The position numbers were made by a program, and so were the translations under genes. Shown piece after piece: positions 17,600 through 26,473 of a DNA stretch of 35,204 nt. The notes beneath the pieces were generated by a model, which searched no databases, was not told the origin of the DNA, and saw only the letters and a list, made by a program, of their open reading frames with translations. Within the stretch, counting starts at the first letter, position 1. The number at the start of each line of letters is the position of its first letter. Origin of the DNA: Candidatus Woesearchaeota archaeon (GTDB lineage Archaea; Nanobdellota; Nanobdellia; Woesearchaeales; WJKL01); assembly GCA_014729145.1 (NCBI GenBank), contig WJKL01000031.1, forward strand, positions 1-35,204. Reading direction: 5' to 3'.

Positions 17600-17666
17600 T
17601 TTAACCTCCTGACTACTACTTCTTGTTTTTATCATCCAACCTTTGTTATCATATTGGGCTGGAATT

Positions 17667-17738
17667 TTATAATAGTAGAAGCAATAGTGCCAGAGCTAAC
17701 AAGATTATTTTCAAATTTAATATTCTGTCAGCTTTCAT
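17667..17738 (-). CDS. Leu-rich leader peptide MKADRILNLKIILLALALLLLLL (23 aa)
   Basis: Hand translation; ends in six consecutive Leu codons (CTA TTG CTT CTA CTA TTA), 11 Leu in total. The ATG lies 23 nt downstream of the TATA box (leaderless). Confidence 0.75.
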   Translation of the reverse strand: MKADRILNLKIILLALALLLLLL

Positions 17739-17761
17739 ACCATTAAAGAGAACCATAGAAG

Positions 17762-17780
17762 TATATAAAGTTTAGCTTTT
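17762..17780 (-). promoter_or_regulatory. BRE/TATA promoter of the leader-peptide/cimA operon
   Basis: AAAAGCTAAAC-TTTATATA on the minus strand. Confidence 0.65.
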
Positions 17781-17815
17781 CAGGGTGGGAACATAAGCTT
17801 AATTTAAATAAAGGC

Positions 17816-18090
17816 AGGCAAGCACATCCTGGAATGGATATGGGCTATGATTACCAGTAACCCCTATCTCTTCCTCAGCTTCGCGACCCCCTAAGCACCA
17901 ATATCAAAACTTAAGGCTGCTGTGTTCCCACCCTGACCTGGTTCATTAAGACACTGGTCAAAGAGGACAAAGCGTCGACGTCCGAGACAGGACCAATAAC
18001 CATAATCCATACCTCTTCCAAGACTTCGGCCCCGTCGTAAAGCCCGTTGACGGTTACAGTACAGGGCTAATGCACCAGCCTAGCTTGCCC
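17816..18090 (-). ncRNA. ffs: archaeal signal recognition particle (7S) RNA
   Basis: 5' GGGCAAGCTAGGC pairs with 3' GCTTGCCT; Alu-domain CTGTAACC; helix 8 GGTCAGGGTG-GGAA-CACAGCAGCC; GC-rich island; TTTTTAAA box about 22 nt upstream. Confidence 0.92.
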
Positions 18091-18202
18091 ATCATCACAA
18101 TATTTTTTCTGTTTAAAAACGTTATGTTTTTTTTGCTTTAACTACTCCAAAACAATAAAATTTATAATTAGATATTCTTTTATACTATTTTGCTGGGGGA
18201 AA

Positions 18203-19306
18203 ATGAATAAAATAACTTTTTTGGGAACTGCAGGAGACAGCTTTGTCTCAGGCAAACAGATTAGGGCATCAGGAGGAATAATCATAAGGCTTGGGGAAGT
18301 TCAGCTGCATCTTGATCCAGGTCCTGGGGCTTTGGCAAGAGCCAAAGAACACGGAATCAACCTGAGAGCAAATACTGCAGTTTTGGTCAGCAACAACAAC
18401 CTGCTCCACTGCAATGATGTAAATGCAGTTATCGATGCTATGACATATGGAGGTATGGACAAAAAAGGGGTACTTGTTTCAAACAAAAGTTTTCTAGAAG
18501 GCAGCGATAATGAAAAATCATTATTAAGCAATGTACAAAAATCTTTTGTGGAAAAGATAGTAATGATGGAGAAAGGGCAGAAGTTAGGCATAGAAAATGT
18601 AGAGATACATGCTTTGGATGCAGACGGTCCGGACCCAAACACCATCGGCTTTAAAATACTTGCACCTGATTTTACACTTGTTTATACTTCTGACACAAAA
18701 TACTCAAGAGAAATCATAAAAGAATATGAAGGGGCAGATATCTTAATCTTGAATGTTCCTATGCCTGGAGAAGAAAAAGCGGAAAATCAACTTAACTCCA
18801 GCTCTGCAACAAAGATAATCAAAAAAATAAACCCCAAACTGTCAATAATATCACATTTTGGAATAAAAATGATAAAGGGAGATCCATTATATGAAGGAAG
18901 AGAGATACAGAAAGCATCAAAAGTGCAGGTATTGATAGCAAAGGACGGCTTGAGCATCAGTCCAAGATCATATTCAGCAAAATCAGACCAAAAAAGATTA
19001 AGTACATTTAAGGACCAGGATACAGGAGAGGTAAAAGAAGATCTAATAGAAAAAAAGGAAGAGATTGAACAGAGAAGGCAGGAAGATAGTAAAGGAGAGG
19101 AAAGGGAGATATCCGAAGAGCCTGTTGAAGACCCAGGAGATAAGGATATTCAACAAGCAGATATAGAAGAAGATGGTGGAGAAGGAAGGATTGATGGAGA
19201 AGAAAATATAGGAGAAAAATACACAGCAAAAGAAGAAAATAAAGAGAAGAAAGAAGAAAAGAGATCAAATGAGCATGAAGAGCACCAAGAGCATCTTAAT
19301 TTCTAA
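18203..19306 (+). CDS. MBL-fold metallo-hydrolase-like protein with acidic disordered tail
   Basis: ITFLGTAG, HLDPGPG, YTSDT and IISHFG motifs. The HxHxDH motif is degenerate; last ~100 aa are Glu/Lys-rich. Confidence 0.82.
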   Translation: MNKITFLGTAGDSFVSGKQIRASGGIIIRLGEVQLHLDPGPGALARAKEHGINLRANTAVLVSNNNLLHCNDVNAVIDAMTYGGMDKKGVLVSNKSFLEGSDNEKSLLSNVQKSFVEKIVMMEKGQKLGIENVEIHALDADGPDPNTIGFKILAPDFTLVYTSDTKYSREIIKEYEGADILILNVPMPGEEKAENQLNSSSATKIIKKINPKLSIISHFGIKMIKGDPLYEGREIQKASKVQVLIAKDGLSISPRSYSAKSDQKRLSTFKDQDTGEVKEDLIEKKEEIEQRRQEDSKGEEREISEEPVEDPGDKDIQQADIEEDGGEGRIDGEENIGEKYTAKEENKEKKEEKRSNEHEEHQEHLNF

Positions 19307-19316
19307 TTATTTGTTT

Positions 19317-20255
19317 CTAAATCAGCAGATTAATTAACAGCAGAACACCATAACCAGCAAGACATCCTGCTGAGATAAAAGGCATGGCAGGATAGAATCT
19401 GTTTTTTTTGCTTTTTATCAGGAGTATAAGCAGCCCAATGGAAGCAAAAACAGAAATTAGCATCGCTTTGAGGAAACCCAACCAGACAGGATTGGTTACC
19501 ATCAGGTTTGCCATAACTGCCCCTGCAAAAATCAATGGAAAGCCTATGTCTCCTCCCCCAAGAACAGCAGTTTTTATCTTTTGTTTTTTTAACTTGATTT
19601 TTTTAGGCATCTTTTTTATGGGTTTCGATCTTTTGACTTTTTTATAGGGGATTAATAATCCTGCAAACACTTTTGATTTAGACTGGAATTTAGCAAGAGA
19701 GATCATATGTTTTGATTTCCATACAGCTATCATATCATAGATTGAGATGACCACCAGTAGAGCAAATGCCCAGTAGACACCATAGCTTGGATCCTTGAAT
19801 AAAGATACAAAGATAGCAGCTAAGCCACCATAGATAAAAAGCTCAGTTATGTTATGGATATAAAAATTCGGTTTAATAACCTTATATCCTGCCAGTATCA
19901 AAGCCAAGATGGCTGCCAAAATCTGATTTATAAAAGCACTTAAACTAATGACTAATGTAATAGATACAGCAATAAAAAACCACGCCTTCCACAGAAAAAC
20001 GTTTCCATATTTAACCAGGAACAAAACTAAAAATGTGCCCAGCAGTATAGCAAACATTATAAAAAAAACAGCTGCGCCTCCTGTTCCTTCGAATTCAGGA
20101 CGGGTTATTCCGAATGGAAGATCATCATATACAGGTTCTCCAGATTCAACTGTGGTTTTTTTGTCTATATATTGATTAACTATAGCCAACCCTATCAGCT
20201 GAGACAATAGAAAAATAACAACAAGAATTACAGTAATCTTTAAGCTGTGTTTCAT
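19317..20255 (-). CDS. presenilin/SPP-family GxGD intramembrane aspartyl protease
   Basis: SIYDMIAVWKSKHM, LGGGD and YPAMPF motifs; multiple TM helices. Confidence 0.92.
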   Translation of the reverse strand: MKHSLKITVILVVIFLLSQLIGLAIVNQYIDKKTTVESGEPVYDDLPFGITRPEFEGTGGAAVFFIMFAILLGTFLVLFLVKYGNVFLWKAWFFIAVSITLVISLSAFINQILAAILALILAGYKVIKPNFYIHNITELFIYGGLAAIFVSLFKDPSYGVYWAFALLVVISIYDMIAVWKSKHMISLAKFQSKSKVFAGLLIPYKKVKRSKPIKKMPKKIKLKKQKIKTAVLGGGDIGFPLIFAGAVMANLMVTNPVWLGFLKAMLISVFASIGLLILLIKSKKNRFYPAMPFISAGCLAGYGVLLLINLLI

Positions 20256-20305
20256 AAGGATTAATTTCAGTAAATATTATATAAACTTTGTTATTAGTCT
20301 TGGAT

Positions 20306-20764
20306 ATGAAAATTGCCCATTCAGTTAAAATTACAGCTTTTGCAAAAGAAGATGAGGATGAAGATAGAATAAAGAACAAGATGAAAGAAATGGTGCCTTT
20401 TGATATCGAAGAGAGCAAAGTTAAGCTTAAGCAGAAAACAGCCATAGGGTTTAATGAAAGGAAAATCAATATATTTGAAATATTACTGGAGAAAGACAAG
20501 CATATCTCGATGTTTTTGGATAATCTAGCAGATAGATTAAGCGATGAGGCAAAGAGGCTTGTACTAAAGCAGGAAGAATCAAGGCTTGATGAAAACTGCA
20601 ATTTCTTTTTGAGATTCAGCAAAGAAAAATTGCTTGAGGAGAATGAGCTGTGGCTTACAAACCAGGGAAACTGTTTCCATATAAGGATAAATATCGCTGC
20701 GTTTCCAAAGAAAAAAGAAAAAGCGATGGATATAATTAGAAAGTTATTTAAAGCTGAATCATAG
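20306..20764 (+). CDS. DUF54-type archaeal RNA-binding protein
   Basis: EDEDRI, RLDENCNFFLRFSK and AAFPKKKE motifs. ATG 20306 preferred over TTG 20288. Confidence 0.75.
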   Translation: MKIAHSVKITAFAKEDEDEDRIKNKMKEMVPFDIEESKVKLKQKTAIGFNERKINIFEILLEKDKHISMFLDNLADRLSDEAKRLVLKQEESRLDENCNFFLRFSKEKLLEENELWLTNQGNCFHIRINIAAFPKKKEKAMDIIRKLFKAES

Positions 20765-20774
20765 ATATAGGAAT

Positions 20775-21893
20775 ATGGCAGAGAAATATATTGTGACACC
20801 ATGGGATGTCAGCGGAGATGTAGATTATAAGAGGCTGATGAAGGAATTTGGTATCAAAGAGATAGATTCAAAATTATTGAAAAGGATAAAGAAAACCGCT
20901 GGAGAACTACACCCTTTTTTAAAAAGAAAAATATTTTTTGTTCACAGAGACTTGAAATGGATATTAGATGAATATGAAAAGGGAAATAAGTTTTTTCTTT
21001 ATACTGGAAGGGCCCCATCAGGACATACACATCTAGGGCATCTTGTTCCTTGGATGTTTACAAAATGGTTACAGGAAAAGTTTGGAGTTGAACTTTGGTT
21101 TCAGTTTCCTGATGAAGAAAAGTTTCTTTTCAAGGATAATCTAACTTTGAAAGATACAGAGAATTATACAAAAGAAAATATGCTAGATATAATCGCATTA
21201 GGGTTTGATTCCAAAAAAACAAAGTTTTTGATAGACACAAAAAATGCTGATCTTATGTATAAAGAGGCGCTTAAGGTAGCAAAGAAAATCACTTTTTCAA
21301 ATGTAAAATCTGCTTTTGGGATGACCAATGATGTAAATATCGGAAGCATATTTTATACCGCTATGCAGGCAGTTCCAGCATTCCTTCCTTCAGTATTGGC
21401 TGGAAAGAATATTCCTTGTCTTATCCCTCACGCTGTTGACCAAGACCCCCATTTTAGATTATCCAGGGATGTGGTGGGAAAGATAGGATATTACAAGCCG
21501 GCTTCAATACAATGCAGATTCCTTCCTGCTTTACAGGGTTCAACTGGAAAGATGTCAGCTTCTGCCCAGGAGACAGCAATATATACTATTGATGATGAAA
21601 AAACAGTCAAAAAGAAGATAAATAAATATGCTTTTTCAGGAGGAAGAGATACAGTAGAGGAGCACAGGAGGCTTGGAGGGAGGCCCGAGATTGATGTAGC
21701 ATATCAGTGGCTTAATTTTTTTGAATATGACGATAAAAAATTAAAGAAGATATATGAAGATTATAAATCAGGGAAACTTTTGTCTGGAGAATTAAAAAAG
21801 GTACTGATAGAAAAGCTGAACAAAATGCTCAAGAAGCACCAGGCAGCCAGAGAAAAAGCAAAGTCAAAGATTGATAAATTTTTAATAAAATAA
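20775..21893 (+). CDS. trpS: tryptophan--tRNA ligase (archaeal/eukaryal type)
   Basis: VTPW, YTGRAPSGHTHLGH, DQDPHFR, KMSAS and AFSGGR motifs. Confidence 0.98.
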   Translation: MAEKYIVTPWDVSGDVDYKRLMKEFGIKEIDSKLLKRIKKTAGELHPFLKRKIFFVHRDLKWILDEYEKGNKFFLYTGRAPSGHTHLGHLVPWMFTKWLQEKFGVELWFQFPDEEKFLFKDNLTLKDTENYTKENMLDIIALGFDSKKTKFLIDTKNADLMYKEALKVAKKITFSNVKSAFGMTNDVNIGSIFYTAMQAVPAFLPSVLAGKNIPCLIPHAVDQDPHFRLSRDVVGKIGYYKPASIQCRFLPALQGSTGKMSASAQETAIYTIDDEKTVKKKINKYAFSGGRDTVEEHRRLGGRPEIDVAYQWLNFFEYDDKKLKKIYEDYKSGKLLSGELKKVLIEKLNKMLKKHQAAREKAKSKIDKFLIK

Positions 21894-21905
21894 GAGGTGA
21901 ATTAA

Positions 21906-22100
21906 ATGGGATTGATAAAAAATCTTTTCAAGAGAGTGGCTCCTTTGCCAACTTCTTTTATGATTGTAAGTATAGTGGGTTTTCTGGTATCAGCATACCT
22001 GATAACGGACATATCATGGAAATTTACGATGCTGCTGTTTTTTGCAGTGATGTTCATCGCTAGTTTTATATCTATGAATAAAGGGCCTGTTGTAGAATAA
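21906..22100 (+). CDS. small 2-TM membrane protein
   Basis: GAGGTGA SD; two hydrophobic segments. Confidence 0.75.
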   Translation: MGLIKNLFKRVAPLPTSFMIVSIVGFLVSAYLITDISWKFTMLLFFAVMFIASFISMNKGPVVE

Positions 22101-22171
22101 AATATACTATATTAATGCAGTAGGATGCTTTAAGAATTTTTGATCCGTCTTAAGTTTTTGTATATATTAAA

Positions 22172-23500
22172 TTATATATTAAATTCTTTTTTTATCTCTT
22201 CAATCGCTACAGGAGCTTCTCCTCCGTGCCAGGTAAATCTTGGCCGCATCTGCATAGGATAGAGCTTTTCATTCATATCATCAAAGACAAGAGCTGCTCC
22301 TTTTACTCTGGGAAGCTTATTCAATTCTTCGTCAAGTCCATGCCGCATATAACTCTGCATCAATTTGCCAAGAGCATCTACATCAACCTTTGCTGTTAAT
22401 CTATGGGATATTACTGTATCTGACTGGGTCATGACATCTGTATGTATCTTGCCAGGCTGCTGTGATGCAAGAATCAAAGATACACCTGGCTGTCTCCCTT
22501 CCCTTAGAATGGTTACTAAGGCATTAGTGGCAGCTGTCTTACCTTCATGAGGGAGAAATTCATGAGCTTCATCTATCATTATCCAGATCAGTGGAGTAAT
22601 CCTTTCTATCTTTCCTTTCTTCTTTTCAGTAAAATAACTTTCTGCTTTTTTCAAGAGCATATGCTCTTCTGCTTTCCTTGCTGCCATCCTTTCAACAAAA
22701 ACTTTTTCAGATATTATACCGATAACCAAAGATTTGATATTCCATGTTCCTGACTGGGTTGCATAAGGGCTTAAGTCAATGATTATTGTTTTTCCTCCAT
22801 AAGTCAGATCCTCTATAGGGGTCCCATGTTTTGAGAAAAGACCCCACGATTTTGTCTTTCTGAACTGATTTTCAATCATATTTTTGTCGTTTCCTGAAGA
22901 CTTTTTATCTGACCCAATTTTTTTTATTATATCAGAGATAGTATAATTGGTCCCTTCTTTTTTAAGCCCATTTATTGTTCTTTCAAGCAAAACACCTGCA
23001 GGTGTATTTGGATCAATATCAAAAGTAAGACACCAATCAGAAGGAGCTAGATCTGACGGCTTTATAGAAAAAGAGTGGTCTGTAGGGATTCCTTTTTCTT
23101 TATATTCTTTGAAATATCCCTTTGGAGTATAAACATCTATGTCAAGACTTTTTGGCTTAAGATCCCATTTTTTAAGCAGAGCTTCATCTTTTTTATTTGG
23201 AAATTTCATGGTCCAGTATATGCCCATAGTGTCAAAAATGATGGTGCAGATATTGTTTTTTACCTCTTTTGGAAGATCAGCAATGCCTTCAGCTATCGAG
23301 CCCATTGTGTAGGATTTTCCAGAGCCTCTTTTTCCGCAGACAAAAACAACGTGTGTCCTGTTTACATCCAGCAGTATATTTGAAGAAAGGGAAGTAGTCT
23401 GTCCCATCTTAACATAGTGCCTTCCAAGAAAAGTTGTTCCTTTAAGATCATATTTTTCCCTGTCAGATTCACTTCTTCCTATAACTATTTCATAAGCCAT
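22172..23500 (-). CDS. HerA/FtsK-superfamily ATPase (DUF87-like)
   Basis: Walker A GKRGSGKS, Walker B IMIDEAH, LREGRQPG and ASQQP motifs. Confidence 0.88.
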   Translation of the reverse strand: MAYEIVIGRSESDREKYDLKGTTFLGRHYVKMGQTTSLSSNILLDVNRTHVVFVCGKRGSGKSYTMGSIAEGIADLPKEVKNNICTIIFDTMGIYWTMKFPNKKDEALLKKWDLKPKSLDIDVYTPKGYFKEYKEKGIPTDHSFSIKPSDLAPSDWCLTFDIDPNTPAGVLLERTINGLKKEGTNYTISDIIKKIGSDKKSSGNDKNMIENQFRKTKSWGLFSKHGTPIEDLTYGGKTIIIDLSPYATQSGTWNIKSLVIGIISEKVFVERMAARKAEEHMLLKKAESYFTEKKKGKIERITPLIWIMIDEAHEFLPHEGKTAATNALVTILREGRQPGVSLILASQQPGKIHTDVMTQSDTVISHRLTAKVDVDALGKLMQSYMRHGLDEELNKLPRVKGAALVFDDMNEKLYPMQMRPRFTWHGGEAPVAIEEIKKEFNI

Positions 23501-23605
23501 TATCTTTTTAATTACAAGAAGGCATATAAAGATTTATGGTTACTTGAAAGTAGAAAACGAAAACTTTAAAAAAAGAATTCAGTTGCTCGCAATAAAGGTG
23601 AGTAA

Positions 23606-24967
23606 ATGGACAAAAAGAAAATCATCAAAAACAAGATCAAGAAGATAAAAAATATAAACAAAAAACTTCACAAAGGTATAAAACAACACAAAAAATTTCT
23701 GAAAGCTGCCAAGAAAAATATTAAATCGAAGAAGATTATGGCTGCAGGCGGATTAATAGTTATTTTGTTAATATTGGCTGTAGGGTTCAACCTTAACAGG
23801 TTTCTATTAGATCAAAGCAATATCGCAGCTACTATAAATGGTGAAAAGGTCACAATGGATGAGCTTGATCATGAGTATGATTTTTTCTTTTTTATAATGG
23901 GTTATCCTGAATCATATAAACAGATGATAACAAAAGAATCATTTTTAGAACAAATGATAAATGAGAGGCTGTTGATACAAAAAGCAGTTGAAGATGGGAT
24001 AAGCGTCTTAGATAAAGAAGTCGATGAAAAGCTGGAGAAGATGATATCTAACAGCCCTGTTTCCAAAGATCAATTTGAGATACAACTTAATACTGCAGGG
24101 TTTACAATGAAAGATCTTTTTGACTACTACAAAAAACAAGTAATCATATCAGAACTCCTAAATAAATCTTTCTCAGATATTAGAGTAAGCAATGAAGAAG
24201 CAAAAACATATTATAATGAAAATAAGGATCTTTATACTGCTGGTGAAGGCGAGATAAGACTTAGGCATATATTAGTAAATACAAAACCAGAAGCAAAGGA
24301 AATCCTTGAAAACCTAAAAAGTGGAGAAGATTTCATAGGACTAGCAAGAGAGGAATCTATAGGTCCAAGTTCGGTAGAAGGAGGCGATCTTGGTTTCGTA
24401 AGCAAAGGGCAGATGGTAAAGGAATTTGAAGAAGTAGCATTCAAATTAAATGAGAATCAAATAAGCGAGATCGTAAAGACCCAATATGGATATCATATAA
24501 TAAAAAGAGAATCAGATCTGATAAAATTTACTGAAGTTAAGAACACTATCATTAATACATTAGAGACAGAGAGACAAAAACAAGAACTTGGAGAATATCT
24601 AGAAGATATTAAGGAAAGATCAGATATTGTCATCAATTTTGGGCAGGCAAAGACATCGGGAACAGCTGTCCCTGGTTCATGCTATAATGATTATGGATTA
24701 AGTTCTGATACTGTTATCTTTTATCATGCAGACTGGTGCCCACACTGCAGCAGGATGATATCAGTGGTGGAAGAACTAGAGGGGGAAGGATATAAATTTC
24801 ACTGGGCTGAGACCAGCAGCGGAGAAGGAGAAGAAGTTGTGGATTCGTGCTTTGGTGATGTTCTGCAAGGAGGAGTTCCTCAATTTATCTGTACAGGAAA
24901 CAAAGATTATAAGCTCGGAGAGATAAGCGAGGAATCATTAAGAAAATTTGCAGAATCCTGCCAATAA
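23606..24967 (+). CDS. membrane-anchored PrsA/SurA-like parvulin PPIase fused to a thioredoxin-like domain
   Basis: TM anchor, AATINGE, RHILV, GGDLGFV..GQMVKEFE, TQYGYHII; C-terminal WCPHC. Confidence 0.9.
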   Translation: MDKKKIIKNKIKKIKNINKKLHKGIKQHKKFLKAAKKNIKSKKIMAAGGLIVILLILAVGFNLNRFLLDQSNIAATINGEKVTMDELDHEYDFFFFIMGYPESYKQMITKESFLEQMINERLLIQKAVEDGISVLDKEVDEKLEKMISNSPVSKDQFEIQLNTAGFTMKDLFDYYKKQVIISELLNKSFSDIRVSNEEAKTYYNENKDLYTAGEGEIRLRHILVNTKPEAKEILENLKSGEDFIGLAREESIGPSSVEGGDLGFVSKGQMVKEFEEVAFKLNENQISEIVKTQYGYHIIKRESDLIKFTEVKNTIINTLETERQKQELGEYLEDIKERSDIVINFGQAKTSGTAVPGSCYNDYGLSSDTVIFYHADWCPHCSRMISVVEELEGEGYKFHWAETSSGEGEEVVDSCFGDVLQGGVPQFICTGNKDYKLGEISEESLRKFAESCQ

Positions 24968-24972
24968 ACAAC

Positions 24973-25000
24973 AGATCCACAATATATGATATGTGGATCT
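24973..25000. terminator. hairpin between convergent genes
   Basis: AGATCCACA/TGTGGATCT 9-bp inverted repeat followed by AT-rich tracts. Confidence 0.45.
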
Positions 25001-25092
25001 TTAATTCTTAAAATTTATTTATCTGTTTTTAATCAAGAATTTAGCAATAAAAAAGATTAAAAAATAAAATAAAAAAAATTAATTTTTTATTT

Positions 25093-26361
25093 TTACAGAT
25101 CAGATTCTGTCAGGACATTGATCCTTGTTTTTGAAGGATCTATCTTGCTTTTCATGGAAATAAGATATTCTACTCTTGCTGATTCTGCCACAGACAAGAG
25201 TTGTTTGTCTATCATGCCGTCCAGAACAATAGCATATATACTTGTATTAAGGCTTTTTACTGTAGTGGAAAGTTCACTGATGGGAACTTTTCCCATTATA
25301 TTCATCTTTCCATCAAGTATATATGCCCCTCTTGTTCCTATCAAATCTTCAAGCATGTTCTTGAATTCTGATTTTTCTTTAGGCGAAATAGAATAAGATT
25401 TTGTGTATCTTTGACTTGATCTATTTTGTCTAGAGTATTTGTTCTTACCTGAACTGCTTCTTTTTTTGTTGTTTCTTCCAGAGCTTGAACTGCCGCTTCT
25501 TTTTTTGTCGTGTTTGTCTGAATTTCCATTAGAAATCTCCATCTTTGCCTGTTCTGAAGCGATCTTTGCCCTCAGTGCTTTATGGATCTCTTTTTTTGTT
25601 ATCTCTTCGACTTCTTTTCCGTCAGGGGCTTTTGATACATGGTCCAGATCAGCTACAGTAGTAAGCTCTTTTATGATAAGGTTTCCTCCTCTATCCCCAT
25701 CAACAAAAGCAGTAACTATCTTTTTTCTGCTTAGATCTTTTATGGTGTCGGGGCAGGATGTTCCGTTCATAGCTATAGCGTTCTTAATGCCATGTTTAAG
25801 CAGATTAAGAACATCAGCTCTCCCTTCAACAACAATTATCTCGTCACTTTCTTCTATTGCCGGACCTGCAGGAAGCCTGTCTTTTCCATACTGCTGTATC
25901 TCCATAACCCTTACTGAATGAGCAACTTCATCAGATAATTCCTGTGAATCTGGCAGAACCTTGTCAGTCATCTGTTTTAGCAGTTCTTTAGCTCTTTCAA
26001 CAACAAGCTTTCTTTTACTTACTCTTACGTCTTCAATCTTATTGACCTTGATCTTTGCATTACAGGGACCTATCCTTTGAATAACTTCAAGGGCAGCTCC
26101 AACTATACTTGTTTCTGCTTTATCAAGGCTTGAGGGTATAATGATAGAACCCCGAGATTTTCCTGATTTTGTACCTATGTTAACTTCAATCCTTCCTATC
26201 CTTCCTGATCTTTGAAGCTCTCTTAATTCAAGGTCAGCTCCAAGAAGCCCTTCTGTCTGGCCGAATATCGCACCAATAACATCAGGACGTTCAACTACGC
26301 CTTCTATCTCTATTGAAGCGTGAACTATATACTTTGCACTTACTGGGCTTATTTTTCCCAT
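25093..26361 (-). CDS. dnaG: archaeal DnaG (TOPRIM, exosome-associated)
   Basis: DVIGAIFGQTEGLLG, VVEGRADV and DGDRGG motifs. GGAGG SD favours start 26361. Confidence 0.97.
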   Translation of the reverse strand: MGKISPVSAKYIVHASIEIEGVVERPDVIGAIFGQTEGLLGADLELRELQRSGRIGRIEVNIGTKSGKSRGSIIIPSSLDKAETSIVGAALEVIQRIGPCNAKIKVNKIEDVRVSKRKLVVERAKELLKQMTDKVLPDSQELSDEVAHSVRVMEIQQYGKDRLPAGPAIEESDEIIVVEGRADVLNLLKHGIKNAIAMNGTSCPDTIKDLSRKKIVTAFVDGDRGGNLIIKELTTVADLDHVSKAPDGKEVEEITKKEIHKALRAKIASEQAKMEISNGNSDKHDKKRSGSSSSGRNNKKRSSSGKNKYSRQNRSSQRYTKSYSISPKEKSEFKNMLEDLIGTRGAYILDGKMNIMGKVPISELSTTVKSLNTSIYAIVLDGMIDKQLLSVAESARVEYLISMKSKIDPSKTRINVLTESDL

Positions 26362-26473
26362 TCTTATCATCCTCCGATCTTATAGAAGGAGCACTAATTA
26401 ATCTATCATACCAGGAAATTTTTCTTTCTTATTTATTTGATGAATGATAAACATTAAATGCCCCTCTGATTAT

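Noticed and set aside
16511..17666. Classical terminator-type (transcriptional) attenuators
   Set aside because: The hairpins are followed by SD sequences rather than U-tracts, so intrinsic termination is unsupported.
17780..17793. Integration att site at the SRP RNA gene
   Set aside because: The copy is inverted rather than direct, and no integrase is present in the window.
19317..20255. Presenilin homologue as a eukaryotic signature
   Set aside because: Archaeal GxGD presenilin homologues are well described.
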